From Gallionellaceae bacterium (GTDB lineage: Bacteria > Pseudomonadota > Gammaproteobacteria > Burkholderiales > Gallionellaceae), in NCBI GenBank assembly GCA_031277195.1, contig JAITMU010000015.1, positions 1 to 25,795 of the forward strand: DNA of 25,795 bases. Direction: 5' to 3'. The notes beneath the pieces are model-generated. The model ran no database searches, was not told where the DNA came from, and saw only the letters and a list, made by a program, of their open reading frames with translations. Positions 7,353 to 19,316 of this stretch are shown piece by piece (within the stretch, counting starts at the first letter, position 1; the number at the start of each line of letters is the position of its first letter). The translations under genes and the position numbers were made by a program.

Positions 7353-8531
7353 TTATCCGCTCACATTGCCGACGCAAAGGCTGACTTCACGAAACCAGCG
7401 GTCATCTTTGGGCAACGCCGCGCAACGTCGCTGCAATGTCGCCAATCTGGCCTCATCGCACGGTAACGGCAAAAACAATTCCGCATCCACTTTGCCGTCC
7501 AGATAGTGCAGCGTGATTCGCGCCGTCGAACGCAGATCATCACCCAGCAATTCGGCGAGATGCGCCAACAGCGCCTCGCGATCCGGCAAAAACACATTGG
7601 GTTCATTGCTCAAATCGTCTTCCGGATCGATATGCGCCATCACATCCAGCACCCGATGCTGGCGCAACACCGCCTGCCGCGCCGCCTCGGCGATGAAGTG
7701 TCCTTCGGAAACGCTGATTTTCGGATCGACGATAATGTGCGCGTCCACCAGCGCGTTATCCGCCATCTTGCGGGTGCGCAGTTCATGCAACCCGCGCACG
7801 CCGGGTGTCGCCAGCAACGTCTCCCGAATCGCCTCCACTTCTTCGGCGGACAAGCCCGTGTCGATCAATTCCGATAACGCCTCAAACGCCAGTTTGCCGC
7901 CCATGTACGCGATCATCATGCCAACCACCGCCGCGCCGATCAGGTCGAGGAAGGTATAGCCGAGCAGGTTGCCCGCGATGCCGACAATGACGACCAGCGA
8001 GGAAAACGCATCGGAACGCGAGTGCCATGCGTTAGCCACCAGCATTTGCGAACGCACGCGCCTGGCCACCGCCAGGAGATAACGGAACAATCCTTCCTTG
8101 GCCGCCAGCGCAAAAATTGCGATTCCGAGCGCCAGCGGATGCACCGGCTGCATCAATTCAGGCTGCTGCAAACGCATACCCGCCGTCACCAGCAAACCGA
8201 CCCCCAGCGCAAACAAGCCCGCGCCGAGTATCAGCGTCGCCGCCGTTTCCATGCGCGCATGGCCGTAAGGATGTTCGGCGTCTGCGTGGCGATTGCCGTG
8301 ACGATTGGCGAACAACACGAGGAAATCCGACAGCAAATCGGAGAGGGAATGCAGACCGTCCGCCATCAAGGCCTGCGATTTGGCGAAGAAACCCACCGCC
8401 AGTTGCAACACGCTCAACAACAGATTCACCGCCACGCTGACCCAAGTGCTTTTCTGCGCCGCAGCGTAACGCTCCGGGTTGGCGGGTTCAAATTCGGTCG
8501 AGCTGTCGGGCGTATTGCTATGACTTTTCAT
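7353..8531 (-). CDS. Cation diffusion facilitator (CDF) metal efflux transporter with C-terminal extension; start 8531 or 8558
   Basis: SQALMADGLHSLSD (TM2), HPYGHARME, AWHSRSD (TM5), LRTRK, VDAHI, HIDP. Confidence 0.9.
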   Translation of the reverse strand: MKSHSNTPDSSTEFEPANPERYAAAQKSTWVSVAVNLLLSVLQLAVGFFAKSQALMADGLHSLSDLLSDFLVLFANRHGNRHADAEHPYGHARMETAATLILGAGLFALGVGLLVTAGMRLQQPELMQPVHPLALGIAIFALAAKEGLFRYLLAVARRVRSQMLVANAWHSRSDAFSSLVVIVGIAGNLLGYTFLDLIGAAVVGMMIAYMGGKLAFEALSELIDTGLSAEEVEAIRETLLATPGVRGLHELRTRKMADNALVDAHIIVDPKISVSEGHFIAEAARQAVLRQHRVLDVMAHIDPEDDLSNEPNVFLPDREALLAHLAELLGDDLRSTARITLHYLDGKVDAELFLPLPCDEARLATLQRRCAALPKDDRWFREVSLCVGNVSG

Positions 8532-8625
8532 GGTCGTTGGGATAGTATGCTGCAGCACTGGCAGGATAACATTTGCCGCGCAATTTGAGCAGCCAATGAC
8601 TTCGACTTAACAAGGCAGAATACCC

Positions 8626-9078
8626 ATGAGCACACTCTCCGACATCCTCAACCTCGCGCACGCGCGCGGCAAAGAACTGGGATTGCCCTACCAGGGCGCA
8701 TTGCAACCGGAAGAAGCCAGCGCGCTGATGCAATCCTCGCCCGCCGCCAAACTGGTGGACGTGCGCACGCGCGCAGAACTGGACTGGGTGGGACGCATTC
8801 CAGGCGCAGCGGAAATCGAATGGGCGAGCTATCCGGGCATGCAACCCAATTCGCACTTTCTGACACAACTCCAGCAGATCGCAGGCAATGACGATGTAGT
8901 GATGTTCATCTGCCGCAGCGGCGCCCGCTCCCACAACGCCGCCGCACTGGCAACGCAAGCCGGATACGCGCATTGTTATAACGTACTGGCGGGGTTCGAG
9001 GGCGACAAGGATGACGCGGATCATCGCGGCACGATCAATGGCTGGCGCAGGGCGGGGTTGCCGTGGAGGCAGAGTTAG
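8626..9078 (+). CDS. Single-domain rhodanese-like sulfurtransferase
   Basis: LVDVRTRAE, active-site loop CRSGARS, YNVLAGFEG, GWRRAGLPW. Confidence 0.9.
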   Translation: MSTLSDILNLAHARGKELGLPYQGALQPEEASALMQSSPAAKLVDVRTRAELDWVGRIPGAAEIEWASYPGMQPNSHFLTQLQQIAGNDDVVMFICRSGARSHNAAALATQAGYAHCYNVLAGFEGDKDDADHRGTINGWRRAGLPWRQS

Positions 9079-9146
9079 TAGGGCGGGGCTTGCCCCGCGC
9101 GGTGGAACGCCTACTTGCGCATCGCGCGGAGCAAGTCTCGCCCTAC
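9078..9146. repeat. GTAG-type REP doublet, class 2
   Basis: GTAGGGCGGGGCTTGCCCCGCGCG (9078-9101) and an inverted copy at 9123-9146 matching 21/24, with a 21-bp spacer. Confidence 0.82.
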
Positions 9147-9177
9147 AAAATTGGTTAACGCAATTCACCGAATAACA

Positions 9178-9594
9178 ATGCCTCCCCTTCGTATATTTCT
9201 GTTGATCGCTTGTAGCATGGTGTCTCTCTCAGCGGTGGGACAGCGCAATTCAAACGCCGAGGAAAAATGTTTCCGTCTTGACTCTCATGCTGAGGCTCGC
9301 ACCTGTTTAGAAGCGAGCGAAAAAGAAAGTGCAGTTCTTCTGGGTCGGGCAGAAGTTGCTTTTCGTTCCGCGCTCACACAATGGGATGAAGTGCCTCAAA
9401 TTCGAGATCAAGCTCTCGCTGCCTTTGATGACTCCATCGTAGCGTTCCGCCACTATCGGAAAACCCAATGCGAAGTTCAAGCATCTTTGGCCGCCGGAGG
9501 TAACAGCGCAAATGATCGACGGCTGCTCTGCCTGATTGAATTAAACATGGAGCGAACCTCCCAACTGGAAATCGCCGAAAATTCGTTGGAATAA
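9178..9594 (+). CDS. Secreted LprI/DUF1311-like protein, 138 aa
   Basis: Hydrophobic signal peptide, four Cys in the mature part, FRHYRKTQCE...GGNSA...LLCLIELNMERTSQL pattern. No clear SD. Confidence 0.65.
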   Translation: MPPLRIFLLIACSMVSLSAVGQRNSNAEEKCFRLDSHAEARTCLEASEKESAVLLGRAEVAFRSALTQWDEVPQIRDQALAAFDDSIVAFRHYRKTQCEVQASLAAGGNSANDRRLLCLIELNMERTSQLEIAENSLE

Positions 9595-9655
9595 TCCTTC
9601 AAGCCTGCGATTTTTTTAGACTGGGAGTCACATATTCAGTTTGTAATTCCCTGCC

Positions 9656-9759
9656 ATTCCCGCGTGTTTTTGGCGGGAATCCAGTGGCTTACTACCCTGA
9701 AAAGCAGGGTTGAAATCAAAGGAAAAGACGCTGGATTTCCGCCAAAAACACGCGGGAAT
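9656..9759. repeat. Inverted pair of ATTCCC...GGGAATCCAG repeats
   Basis: ATTCCCGCGTGTTTTTGGCGGGAATCCAG (9656-9684) and an inverted copy at 9731-9759, 28/29 identical. Confidence 0.88.
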
Positions 9760-9803
9760 AACGATAAAAAATGAGAGCGGCGGAGGAATTAAATGTCAGA
9801 AAT

Positions 9804-9829
9804 AAAAAAGCAGCCTTTCGGCTGCTTTT
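9804..9829 (-). terminator. Intrinsic terminator of the atp operon
   Basis: AAAAGCAGCC-GAAA-GGCTGCTTTTTT on the minus strand, about 22 nt after the atpC stop. Confidence 0.85.
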
Positions 9830-9851
9830 CTTTTGATGCTCACACCACCAA

Positions 9852-10280
9852 TCAATGCCGCAACTGCTGGCGCAATTTTTCGATTGCGCGGAGTTGTTCC
9901 ACGGCGGCCAGCAATTCGGCTTGCGCTTTGGCGTAGTCCACACCGGCGGCACGATTCTGTATCGCTTCTTCAGCGGCTTTTTTGGCTTCGAGGGCGCGCG
10001 CTTCGTCCAGATCGGCACCGCGAATGGCGGTGTCAGCCAGGATGGTGACGACGTTGGGCTGCACTTCCAACATGCCGCCGGAGACGAAGATCAGTTCTTC
10101 CTGCTCCTGATCCGGCAGCTTGAGCCGCACCGAGCCGGGGCGGATGCGGGTGAGCAGCGGGGCGTGGCGGGGATAGATTCCCAGTTCGCCCATCTGTCCG
10201 GGTGCGATGACGACTTCGGCCAGCCCCGAAAACAGGGATTCCTCAGCGCTCACCACATCGACGTGTACGGTCATGGCCAT
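9852..10280 (-). CDS. atpC: ATP synthase F1 epsilon subunit
   Basis: [44 protein letters not shown]. Confidence 0.98.
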   Translation of the reverse strand: MAMTVHVDVVSAEESLFSGLAEVVIAPGQMGELGIYPRHAPLLTRIRPGSVRLKLPDQEQEELIFVSGGMLEVQPNVVTILADTAIRGADLDEARALEAKKAAEEAIQNRAAGVDYAKAQAELLAAVEQLRAIEKLRQQLRH

Positions 10281-10289
10281 ATCGAATCC

Positions 10290-11705
<1,416 letters not shown>

Positions 11706-11728
11706 TTACGTTGATTCTTCCGCTTTAC

Positions 11729-11854
11729 TCCCTCTCCCTGCTTTGCGGGGAGAGGGTTGGGGTGAGGGGATTTTGTGCTCCTTATCACTCCAAATTCAGG
11801 GGCAATTCTTCTTGCCCCTCACCCAAAACCACAACCCCCCAGTGGGGAGAGGGA
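11729..11854. repeat. Family A REP-like inverted pair (copy 3), right arm degenerate
   Basis: TCCCTCTCCCTGC-ttt-GCGGGGAGAGGG-ttggggtgagggg (11729-11769) and cccctcacccaaaacc...GGGGAGAGGGA (11815-11854). Confidence 0.8.
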
Positions 11855-11858
11855 ACAA

Positions 11859-11977
11859 TTAAACCGCCGCCGCGCCTGGACAATTTGGTCTCGCCATAAC
11901 ATTCGCTACGCTCATGTTAGTCTCGCCCGATCGTCCCCGCCCGCGCGGCGTTAAACCGCCGCCGCGCCGCCGACAAT
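11859..11977. repeat. Direct duplication of the atpG 3' end
   Basis: TTAAACCGCCGCCGCGCC is identical at 11859-11876 and 11951-11968. GACAAT follows both copies after 2 versus 3 nt. Confidence 0.8.
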
Positions 11978-12817
11978 CTCCGAAATCTCCTTCGTGATCG
12001 CCGCTTGACGCGCCTTGTTGTAAACCAATTTGAGTTCGCCGATGACGTTTTTGGCGTTGTCGGACGCCGCTTTCATCGCCACCATGCGCGCGCTCTGTTC
12101 CGAGGCCATGTTTTCGGTGACGGCGTTGTAAACCAGCGATTCAATATAACGCACCAGCAACTCGTCCACGACTTCCCGCGCATCGGGTTCGTAGATGTAA
12201 TCCCAGGTCGCGCCGGTTTTTTCTTCCAGATTCTCTCCGGGCAGCGGCAGCAACTGCTCTATCGTGGGTTCCTGTTTCATCGTGTTGACGAAACGGTTGT
12301 AGGCAATGTGAATGGCGTCGATTTCACCGGCGGTATACGCATCCAGCATGACCTTGACCGCGCCGATCAATTTTTCGACGTGCGGCGTGTCACCCAGTCC
12401 GGTCAGATGGGATTTCACATCCGCGCCCATGCGCGACAGGAAACCGTAGCCTTTGTTGCCCACCGGACAGACGGCAATCTTGCTGCCCTGTCCTTCCCAT
12501 TGCTTCATCTGCCCCACCACCAAACGCAGAATGTTGGTGTTCAAGCCGCCGCACAAGCCTTTGTCGGAGGTGACGACAATCACGCCGACGTTCTTGATGT
12601 TGTCACGCTTCACCAAGAAAGGATGCTTGTACTCGGGATTTGCGCGGGACAAATGCGCGGCCACTTGGCGGATTTTTTCCGCATAGGGGCGAGCGGCGCG
12701 CATCCGTTCCTGCGCCTTGCGCATTTTGGATGCGGCCACCATTTCCATGGCGCGTGTGATCTTGCGCGTATTTTCAACGCTCTTGATCTTGGCGCGTATT
12801 TCCTTGCTGCCTGGCAT
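11951..12817 (-). CDS. atpG: ATP synthase F1 gamma subunit
   Basis: [56 protein letters not shown]. Confidence 0.99.
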   Translation of the reverse strand: MPGSKEIRAKIKSVENTRKITRAMEMVAASKMRKAQERMRAARPYAEKIRQVAAHLSRANPEYKHPFLVKRDNIKNVGVIVVTSDKGLCGGLNTNILRLVVGQMKQWEGQGSKIAVCPVGNKGYGFLSRMGADVKSHLTGLGDTPHVEKLIGAVKVMLDAYTAGEIDAIHIAYNRFVNTMKQEPTIEQLLPLPGENLEEKTGATWDYIYEPDAREVVDELLVRYIESLVYNAVTENMASEQSARMVAMKAASDNAKNVIGELKLVYNKARQAAITKEISEIVGGAAAV

Positions 12818-12830
12818 GAGCTACTCCGGT

Positions 12831-14372
12831 TTAGTAAGCCGCCGTGGCCTTGAATTCCTCAACCGCCGCCGACAGGGCTTTCTCGTTGTCGGCCGACAGA
12901 TCCTTGCTGCTCTGGATGGCGTCCAGAACACCCTTGTGCTTGGACTCCAGGAAAGCGAGCAGAGCCGATTCAAACGCCAGCGCCTTTTTCACATCCACGT
13001 CGTCGTAGTAGCCCTTGTTCACGGCGAACAGCGTCACCGCCATGTGGGAAACCGACATCGGCGAATATTGCAATTGCTTCATCAGTTCCGTCACCAGACG
13101 ACCGCGCTCCAACTGCTTGCGGGTGGCTTCGTCCAGATCGGAAGCGAACTGCGCGAACGCCGCCAACTCGCGATATTGCGCCAACGCCAGACGCACACCG
13201 CCGCCCAGCTTCTTGATGACTTTGGTTTGCGCTGCGCCGCCGACGCGGGACACCGAAATACCGGCGTTAATCGCGGGACGGATACCGGCGTTGAACAAAT
13301 CGGTTTCCAGGAAGATCTGACCGTCGGTAATCGAAATCACGTTGGTCGGCACGAAAGCAGACACGTCGCCTGCCGCCGTTTCAATGATGGGCAGCGCGGT
13401 CAGCGAACCGGTCTTGCCTTTCACTGCACCATTGGTGAACGCTTCCACATATTCGGCGTTCACGCGCGCGGCGCGCTCCAGCAGACGCGAGTGCAGATAG
13501 AACACGTCGCCCGGATAGGCTTCACGACCCGGCGGACGACGCAGCAGCAGCGAAATCTGACGGTAGGCCCAGGCTTGCTTGGTCAAGTCGTCGTAAACGA
13601 TCAGCGCGTCTTCGCCGCGATCGCGGAAATATTCGCCCATCGTGCAACCCGTGTACGGCGCGAGGAATTGCATCGCGGCGGAATCGGATGCCGTGGCGGC
13701 GACGACGATGGTGTATTCCAGCGCGCCGTGTTCTTCCAGTTTGCGCACCACGTTGGCGATGGTCGATGCCTTTTGGCCAACCGCCACGTAGATACAGGTC
13801 ATGTCCTGACCCTTTTGGTTGATGATGGCGTCCACGGCGACGGCAGTTTTGCCGGTTTGGCGGTCACCAATGATCAGCTCGCGCTGGCCACGGCCAATCG
13901 GCACCATGGAGTCAATCGACTTGAGACCGGTCTGCACCGGCTGGTCAACGGATTTACGCGCGATCACGCCGGGAGCGACTTTTTCCACCTTGTCGGTCAA
14001 TTTGGCGTTGATCGGACCCTTGCCGTCAATCGGCTGACCCAGCGCGTTCACTACACGACCGCGCAGTTCGGGACCGACCGGCACTTCCAGAATGCGGCCG
14101 GTGCACTTGACCGTGGCGCCTTCGGTGATGTGCTCGTATTCACCCAGCACCACCGCGCCAACGGAGTCGCGCTCCAGGTTCAGCGCAAGGCCGAAGGTGT
14201 TGCCGGGGAATTCCAGCATTTCGCCTTGCATCGCATCGGACAAACCGTGGATGCGAACGATACCGTCCGTCACGCTGACCACGGTGCCTTCGGTGCGCGC
14301 CTGGGTCACCGCTTCGAAATTCTCGATGCGGCTGCGGATCAGATCACTAATTTCAGAAGGGTTGAGCTTCAT
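12831..14372 (-). CDS. atpA: ATP synthase F1 alpha subunit
   Basis: [43 protein letters not shown]. Confidence 0.99.
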   Translation of the reverse strand: MKLNPSEISDLIRSRIENFEAVTQARTEGTVVSVTDGIVRIHGLSDAMQGEMLEFPGNTFGLALNLERDSVGAVVLGEYEHITEGATVKCTGRILEVPVGPELRGRVVNALGQPIDGKGPINAKLTDKVEKVAPGVIARKSVDQPVQTGLKSIDSMVPIGRGQRELIIGDRQTGKTAVAVDAIINQKGQDMTCIYVAVGQKASTIANVVRKLEEHGALEYTIVVAATASDSAAMQFLAPYTGCTMGEYFRDRGEDALIVYDDLTKQAWAYRQISLLLRRPPGREAYPGDVFYLHSRLLERAARVNAEYVEAFTNGAVKGKTGSLTALPIIETAAGDVSAFVPTNVISITDGQIFLETDLFNAGIRPAINAGISVSRVGGAAQTKVIKKLGGGVRLALAQYRELAAFAQFASDLDEATRKQLERGRLVTELMKQLQYSPMSVSHMAVTLFAVNKGYYDDVDVKKALAFESALLAFLESKHKGVLDAIQSSKDLSADNEKALSAAVEEFKATAAY

Positions 14373-14402
14373 CTGCTTTTCCTTATTTCGATAAATCTGT
14401 CA

Positions 14403-14936
14403 TCAAGCCAGCGCGTGCGCCAACTCGGAAAGCCGGGTACGCGCGGAGCCGTCTATCACTTGGTCCCCTGCGCGAATAACGACGCCGCCCAGCAGGCTTT
14501 TGTCGATTTCGCAATGCAGCCGGACTTCGCGGCCAGTGCGCGCCTTCATTGCGGCGGCAATTTTTTGTTTCTGCGTGTCGTTGAGATCGAACGCCGAGGT
14601 CACGGTGACATCCACATTCTTTTCCGCGTCCGCGCGCAGCATTTCAAACAGCGCGGCGATTTCGGTCAGAATCGTGAGGCGCTGATTTTCCGCCAGCACC
14701 CGGATGAAATTCTGCTGCGTCACGTCGAGCTGTTTCCCGCCCAGCGCCAGCATGAGACCCTCGACCTGCTTGCGCGGAACGCGCGGGCTGGTGATGACCT
14801 CGCGGACTTCGGCGTTTGCGGCGGCCTCGGCGAGAGACTGCAACATGTCCGACCAGTCCTTCAATTTGCCGGCGCGGCTGGCTTCGTCAAATGCCGCCTG
14901 GGCATAGGGACGGGCGATGGTGATAGCTTCAGCCAT
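14403..14936 (-). CDS. atpH: ATP synthase delta subunit
   Basis: IARPYAQAAF, LLGGVVIRAGDQVIDGS; expected operon position. Confidence 0.97.
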   Translation of the reverse strand: MAEAITIARPYAQAAFDEASRAGKLKDWSDMLQSLAEAAANAEVREVITSPRVPRKQVEGLMLALGGKQLDVTQQNFIRVLAENQRLTILTEIAALFEMLRADAEKNVDVTVTSAFDLNDTQKQKIAAAMKARTGREVRLHCEIDKSLLGGVVIRAGDQVIDGSARTRLSELAHALA

Positions 14937-14941
14937 GGCGA

Positions 14942-15412
14942 TCAGATTTCCGTGACCAGTTTTTCGAGCAGGTCGTTGTGCGCCTTCGCGTCGATTTCAC
15001 GGCCAAGAATCTTGCCTGCGCCAGCCAGTGCCACGGCGGACACTTGCGTGCGAAGCTGTTCCTTGGCGCGGAAAACTTCCTGTTCAACTTCCGCCTTGGC
15101 GGCGGTGACGATGCGCTCGGCTTCCACTCTGGCCTGGCCTTTGGCTTCTTCGACGATTTCGCTCGCGCGCTTGTCGCCTTGCGCGATGATTTCGGCGGCT
15201 TTTTCCTTCGCCGCACGCAACTCGTCGGCTGCGCGTTTGGCTGCCAGTTCCAGATCCAGCTTGCCGCGTTCACCGGCGGCAAGGCCGTCAGCGATCTGCT
15301 TCTTGCGCGCTTCCAGCGCACCGATAAGCGGCGGCCAGATAAACTTCATGCAGAACCAGACGAACATGGCGAACATGATCGTCTGGCCGAGCAGGGTTGC
15401 ATTGATATTCAT
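14942..15412 (-). CDS. atpF: ATP synthase F0 subunit b
   Basis: [23 protein letters not shown], long coiled coil. Confidence 0.98.
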   Translation of the reverse strand: MNINATLLGQTIMFAMFVWFCMKFIWPPLIGALEARKKQIADGLAAGERGKLDLELAAKRAADELRAAKEKAAEIIAQGDKRASEIVEEAKGQARVEAERIVTAAKAEVEQEVFRAKEQLRTQVSAVALAGAGKILGREIDAKAHNDLLEKLVTEI

Positions 15413-15452
15413 GCAAGAACCTTTTTCAGTTCGTTAAAAACAGTCGCGCGCG

Positions 15453-16912
<1,460 letters not shown>

Positions 16913-16936
16913 GGCGCTCTTCCAAAAAACCCGCGG

Positions 16937-16965
16937 ATGCTATCAATATCCCCAGGTACTGTCAA
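16937..16965 (-). promoter_or_regulatory. Sigma70 promoter of the atp operon
   Basis: TTGACA-17 bp-TAGCAT with an extended -10 TGn on the minus strand, about 25 nt above the atpI start. Confidence 0.7.
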
Positions 16966-17046
16966 ATGGACAATGCGTTGATTGCCCTTGCTGACGGGGA
17001 ATTGATACGGACTGTTTTGCGGCGGTTGTTAATGGCGGGAATACGC

Positions 17047-17910
17047 TCAAAGAACCCCCATCTTCGCCAATATCCCCTCCAACTGATCCGATGAGCGGTA
17101 TTCAATCACCAGCTTGCCCGCGCCCTTCGCGCCATGACGGATGGCAACCTTCGCGCCCAGGCTGTCCGCCACTTTTTCCTGCAACTGCACAATGTCGCGA
17201 TTGACGTGTTTTTTCTTTTTCTCCTGCGGCGAGGCCGGATTCAACAATTCCTGCACCAGCTTTTCCGCTTCGCGCACCGACCGTGCCTCGGCGGCAATTT
17301 TGTTCGCTGCGGCGATCTGGTTCGCGCCATCCAGCGCCAGCAGCGCGCGCGCATGACCCATCTCCAAACGGCCTTGCATCAGCATTTCCTGGATCACTTC
17401 CGGCAATTTCAACAGCCGCAACAGATTGCTTGCGGCGCTGCGGGAACGCCCGACCGCATCGGCGGCAGCTTGGTGCGTCATGCGGAATTCATTGATTAAT
17501 CGCTGGATACCCGCGGCTTCTTCCAACGGACTAAGATCTTCCCGCTGAATATTTTCGATCAGCGCCATGGCCAGCGCAGCGTTGTCGCCCACATTGCGAA
17601 GAACCCGCACCGGAACCGCGCTCAATCCCGCGAGTTGTGCCGCGCGCCAGCGGCGTTCTCCGGCGATGATTTCATGGTTGCCGCCCTCAAGGATGCGCGC
17701 CAGTATTGGCTGTATTACGCCCTGTTCCTTGATTGAGGCGGCCAATTCGTTCAGCGACGTTTCGTCCATGCGACTGCGCGGCTGATATTTGCCGGGTTTG
17801 AGCTGATCAACCCGCAACTCGCGCAACTCGCCTTCCGCGTCGATTTCCGCGCTGCCGCCGGACAACAATGCATCCAGCCCGCGCCCCAGCCCTTTGTTTG
17901 GTTTTGCCAT
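17047..17910 (-). CDS. parB: Chromosome partitioning protein ParB/Spo0J
   Basis: GLGRGLDALL ParA-interaction peptide, QPR, IIAGERRWRA CTPase motif, ENIQRE, HTH GRSRSAASNLLRLL. Confidence 0.97.
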   Translation of the reverse strand: MAKPNKGLGRGLDALLSGGSAEIDAEGELRELRVDQLKPGKYQPRSRMDETSLNELAASIKEQGVIQPILARILEGGNHEIIAGERRWRAAQLAGLSAVPVRVLRNVGDNAALAMALIENIQREDLSPLEEAAGIQRLINEFRMTHQAAADAVGRSRSAASNLLRLLKLPEVIQEMLMQGRLEMGHARALLALDGANQIAAANKIAAEARSVREAEKLVQELLNPASPQEKKKKHVNRDIVQLQEKVADSLGAKVAIRHGAKGAGKLVIEYRSSDQLEGILAKMGVL

Positions 17911-17925
17911 GCCTTGATTTCCTTC

Positions 17926-18699
17926 CTATACCGATGCGTTGTTCAACAATTCTCCGGCCAGCGCCAAATAGGCTTGCGAACCTTTGGACGTTTTATCGTG
18001 ATGGAGTACCGGAACGCCGAAGCTGGGCGCTTCCGCCAGCCGGATATTCCGCGGGATAACCGTGCGATAGACTTTATCGCCGAAGTGCCGTTGCAATTGC
18101 TCCGAGACTTGCTGCGCCAGGGCATTGCGCGGATCAAACATGGTACGCAGCAGCCCTTCTATCTCCAGATTTGCATTCAAGTGAGCGCGCACTTTGCGTA
18201 TGGTGTTGACCAAATCGCTCAAACCTTCCAGCGCGTAGTATTCACATTGCGTGGGAATCATCACCGAATCTGCCGCACACAAGCCGTTAACGGTGAGCAA
18301 ATTCAGCGCTGGCGGGCAATCAATCAGGATGTAATCGTATTCATCCGCCACCGCCTGCAATGCATTTTTCAGCCGCACCTCGCGCTGCGGCAAATCCACC
18401 ATTTCAATTTCCGCGCCCGCCAACGCCTGATTGGAAGGAAGCACATCGTACTCCCCCGCTTCGGAATACCGCAGCGCCTGCGCCAGCGTATTGCTCCCCA
18501 GCAAAACATGGTAGATGCTTACCGGCAAATCCTGTTTGTTGATGCCGCTGCCCATGGTCGCATTGCCTTGCGGATCCAGGTCCACCAGCAGCACCCGCTT
18601 CTTCATGGCAGCCAGACTCGCGGCCAGATTCACCGTTGTGGTCGTTTTCCCCACCCCGCCCTTTTGATTGGTGACCGCCAGTATTTTTGCCATTTTCAT
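17926..18699 (-). CDS. parA: Chromosome partitioning ATPase ParA/Soj; start 18699 or 18693
   Basis: Deviant Walker A NQKGGVGKTTT, VDLDPQGNAT, DCPP, QCEYYALEGL. ATG 18699 overlaps the rsmG stop. Confidence 0.97.
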   Translation of the reverse strand: MKMAKILAVTNQKGGVGKTTTTVNLAASLAAMKKRVLLVDLDPQGNATMGSGINKQDLPVSIYHVLLGSNTLAQALRYSEAGEYDVLPSNQALAGAEIEMVDLPQREVRLKNALQAVADEYDYILIDCPPALNLLTVNGLCAADSVMIPTQCEYYALEGLSDLVNTIRKVRAHLNANLEIEGLLRTMFDPRNALAQQVSEQLQRHFGDKVYRTVIPRNIRLAEAPSFGVPVLHHDKTSKGSQAYLALAGELLNNASV

Positions 18700-19316
18700 A
18701 TCGCTTTCAATATCACCAGACTGCGCGCCGCGCCAAGCTCCGGTACTTGCAAATGAACGAGCTGTTCCACTTCCACCCCCGGCGGCAATGCCGCCAACTC
18801 CTGCTCCGGCTCTCCCTTCATCGCCGCCCAACGTCCGCCCGGTGCCAGCAAATGACGCGTCAGCGACACAAAATCCGCCGTTTTGGCAAAAGCGCGGGAA
18901 ATGATGCCATCAAATTTTTCCGCTGGCTGCCACTCCTCCACCCGGGCGCAGCAGACTGTTACGTTTGCCACGCCCAGCTCAATCGCCGCTTGCTGCATGA
19001 AGCCGGTCTTTTTGCTGTTGCTGTCCAACAAAGTAAACTCCCATTCCGGACGCGCCAATGCCAAAACCAGACCGGGCAAGCCCGCGCCCGCGCCGACATC
19101 CAGCCAGCGCTTTGGCCATAAATGCGGCAATACTGCGAGGCTATCAAGTAAGTGATTGCTTACCGCCGCTTCCGTGCTCCTGATCGCCGTCAGGTTGTAT
19201 GTCTTGTTCCACTTCTGCAGCAACGCCAGATACGCCATCAGCTTGTGCTGCACGTCGGGCGTTATTGCCAGCCCCAAATCCGCAATGCCATCGGCCAGCT
19301 TTTCCGCCGCCGTCAT
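18696..19316 (-). CDS. rsmG: 16S rRNA m7G527 methyltransferase (GidB)
   Basis: [42 protein letters not shown] 19316 overlaps the mnmG stop (ATGA). Confidence 0.96.
   Translation of the reverse strand: MTAAEKLADGIADLGLAITPDVQHKLMAYLALLQKWNKTYNLTAIRSTEAAVSNHLLDSLAVLPHLWPKRWLDVGAGAGLPGLVLALARPEWEFTLLDSNSKKTGFMQQAAIELGVANVTVCCARVEEWQPAEKFDGIISRAFAKTADFVSLTRHLLAPGGRWAAMKGEPEQELAALPPGVEVEQLVHLQVPELGAARSLVILKAI

Noticed and set aside
9147-9620. Integron gene cassette interpretation of the LprI-like gene (GTTAAC at the 5' side, TTCAAGCC after the stop)
   Set aside because: No RYYYAAC inverse core, no paired L boxes or closing GTTRRRY, and no intI in the window. The resemblance is too short.
1478-9800. 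tRNA-anchored genomic island with attL/attR
   Set aside because: No second copy of the tRNA 3' end was found and there is no integrase. glnA and its neighbours look like core genes.
12717-15437. 906-aa plus-strand ORF antisense to atpA/atpH/atpF
   Set aside because: Codon-aligned with atpA and atpH. Its stops would need TTA/CTA/TCA codons, which these highly expressed GC-rich genes avoid. No recognisable protein motifs.
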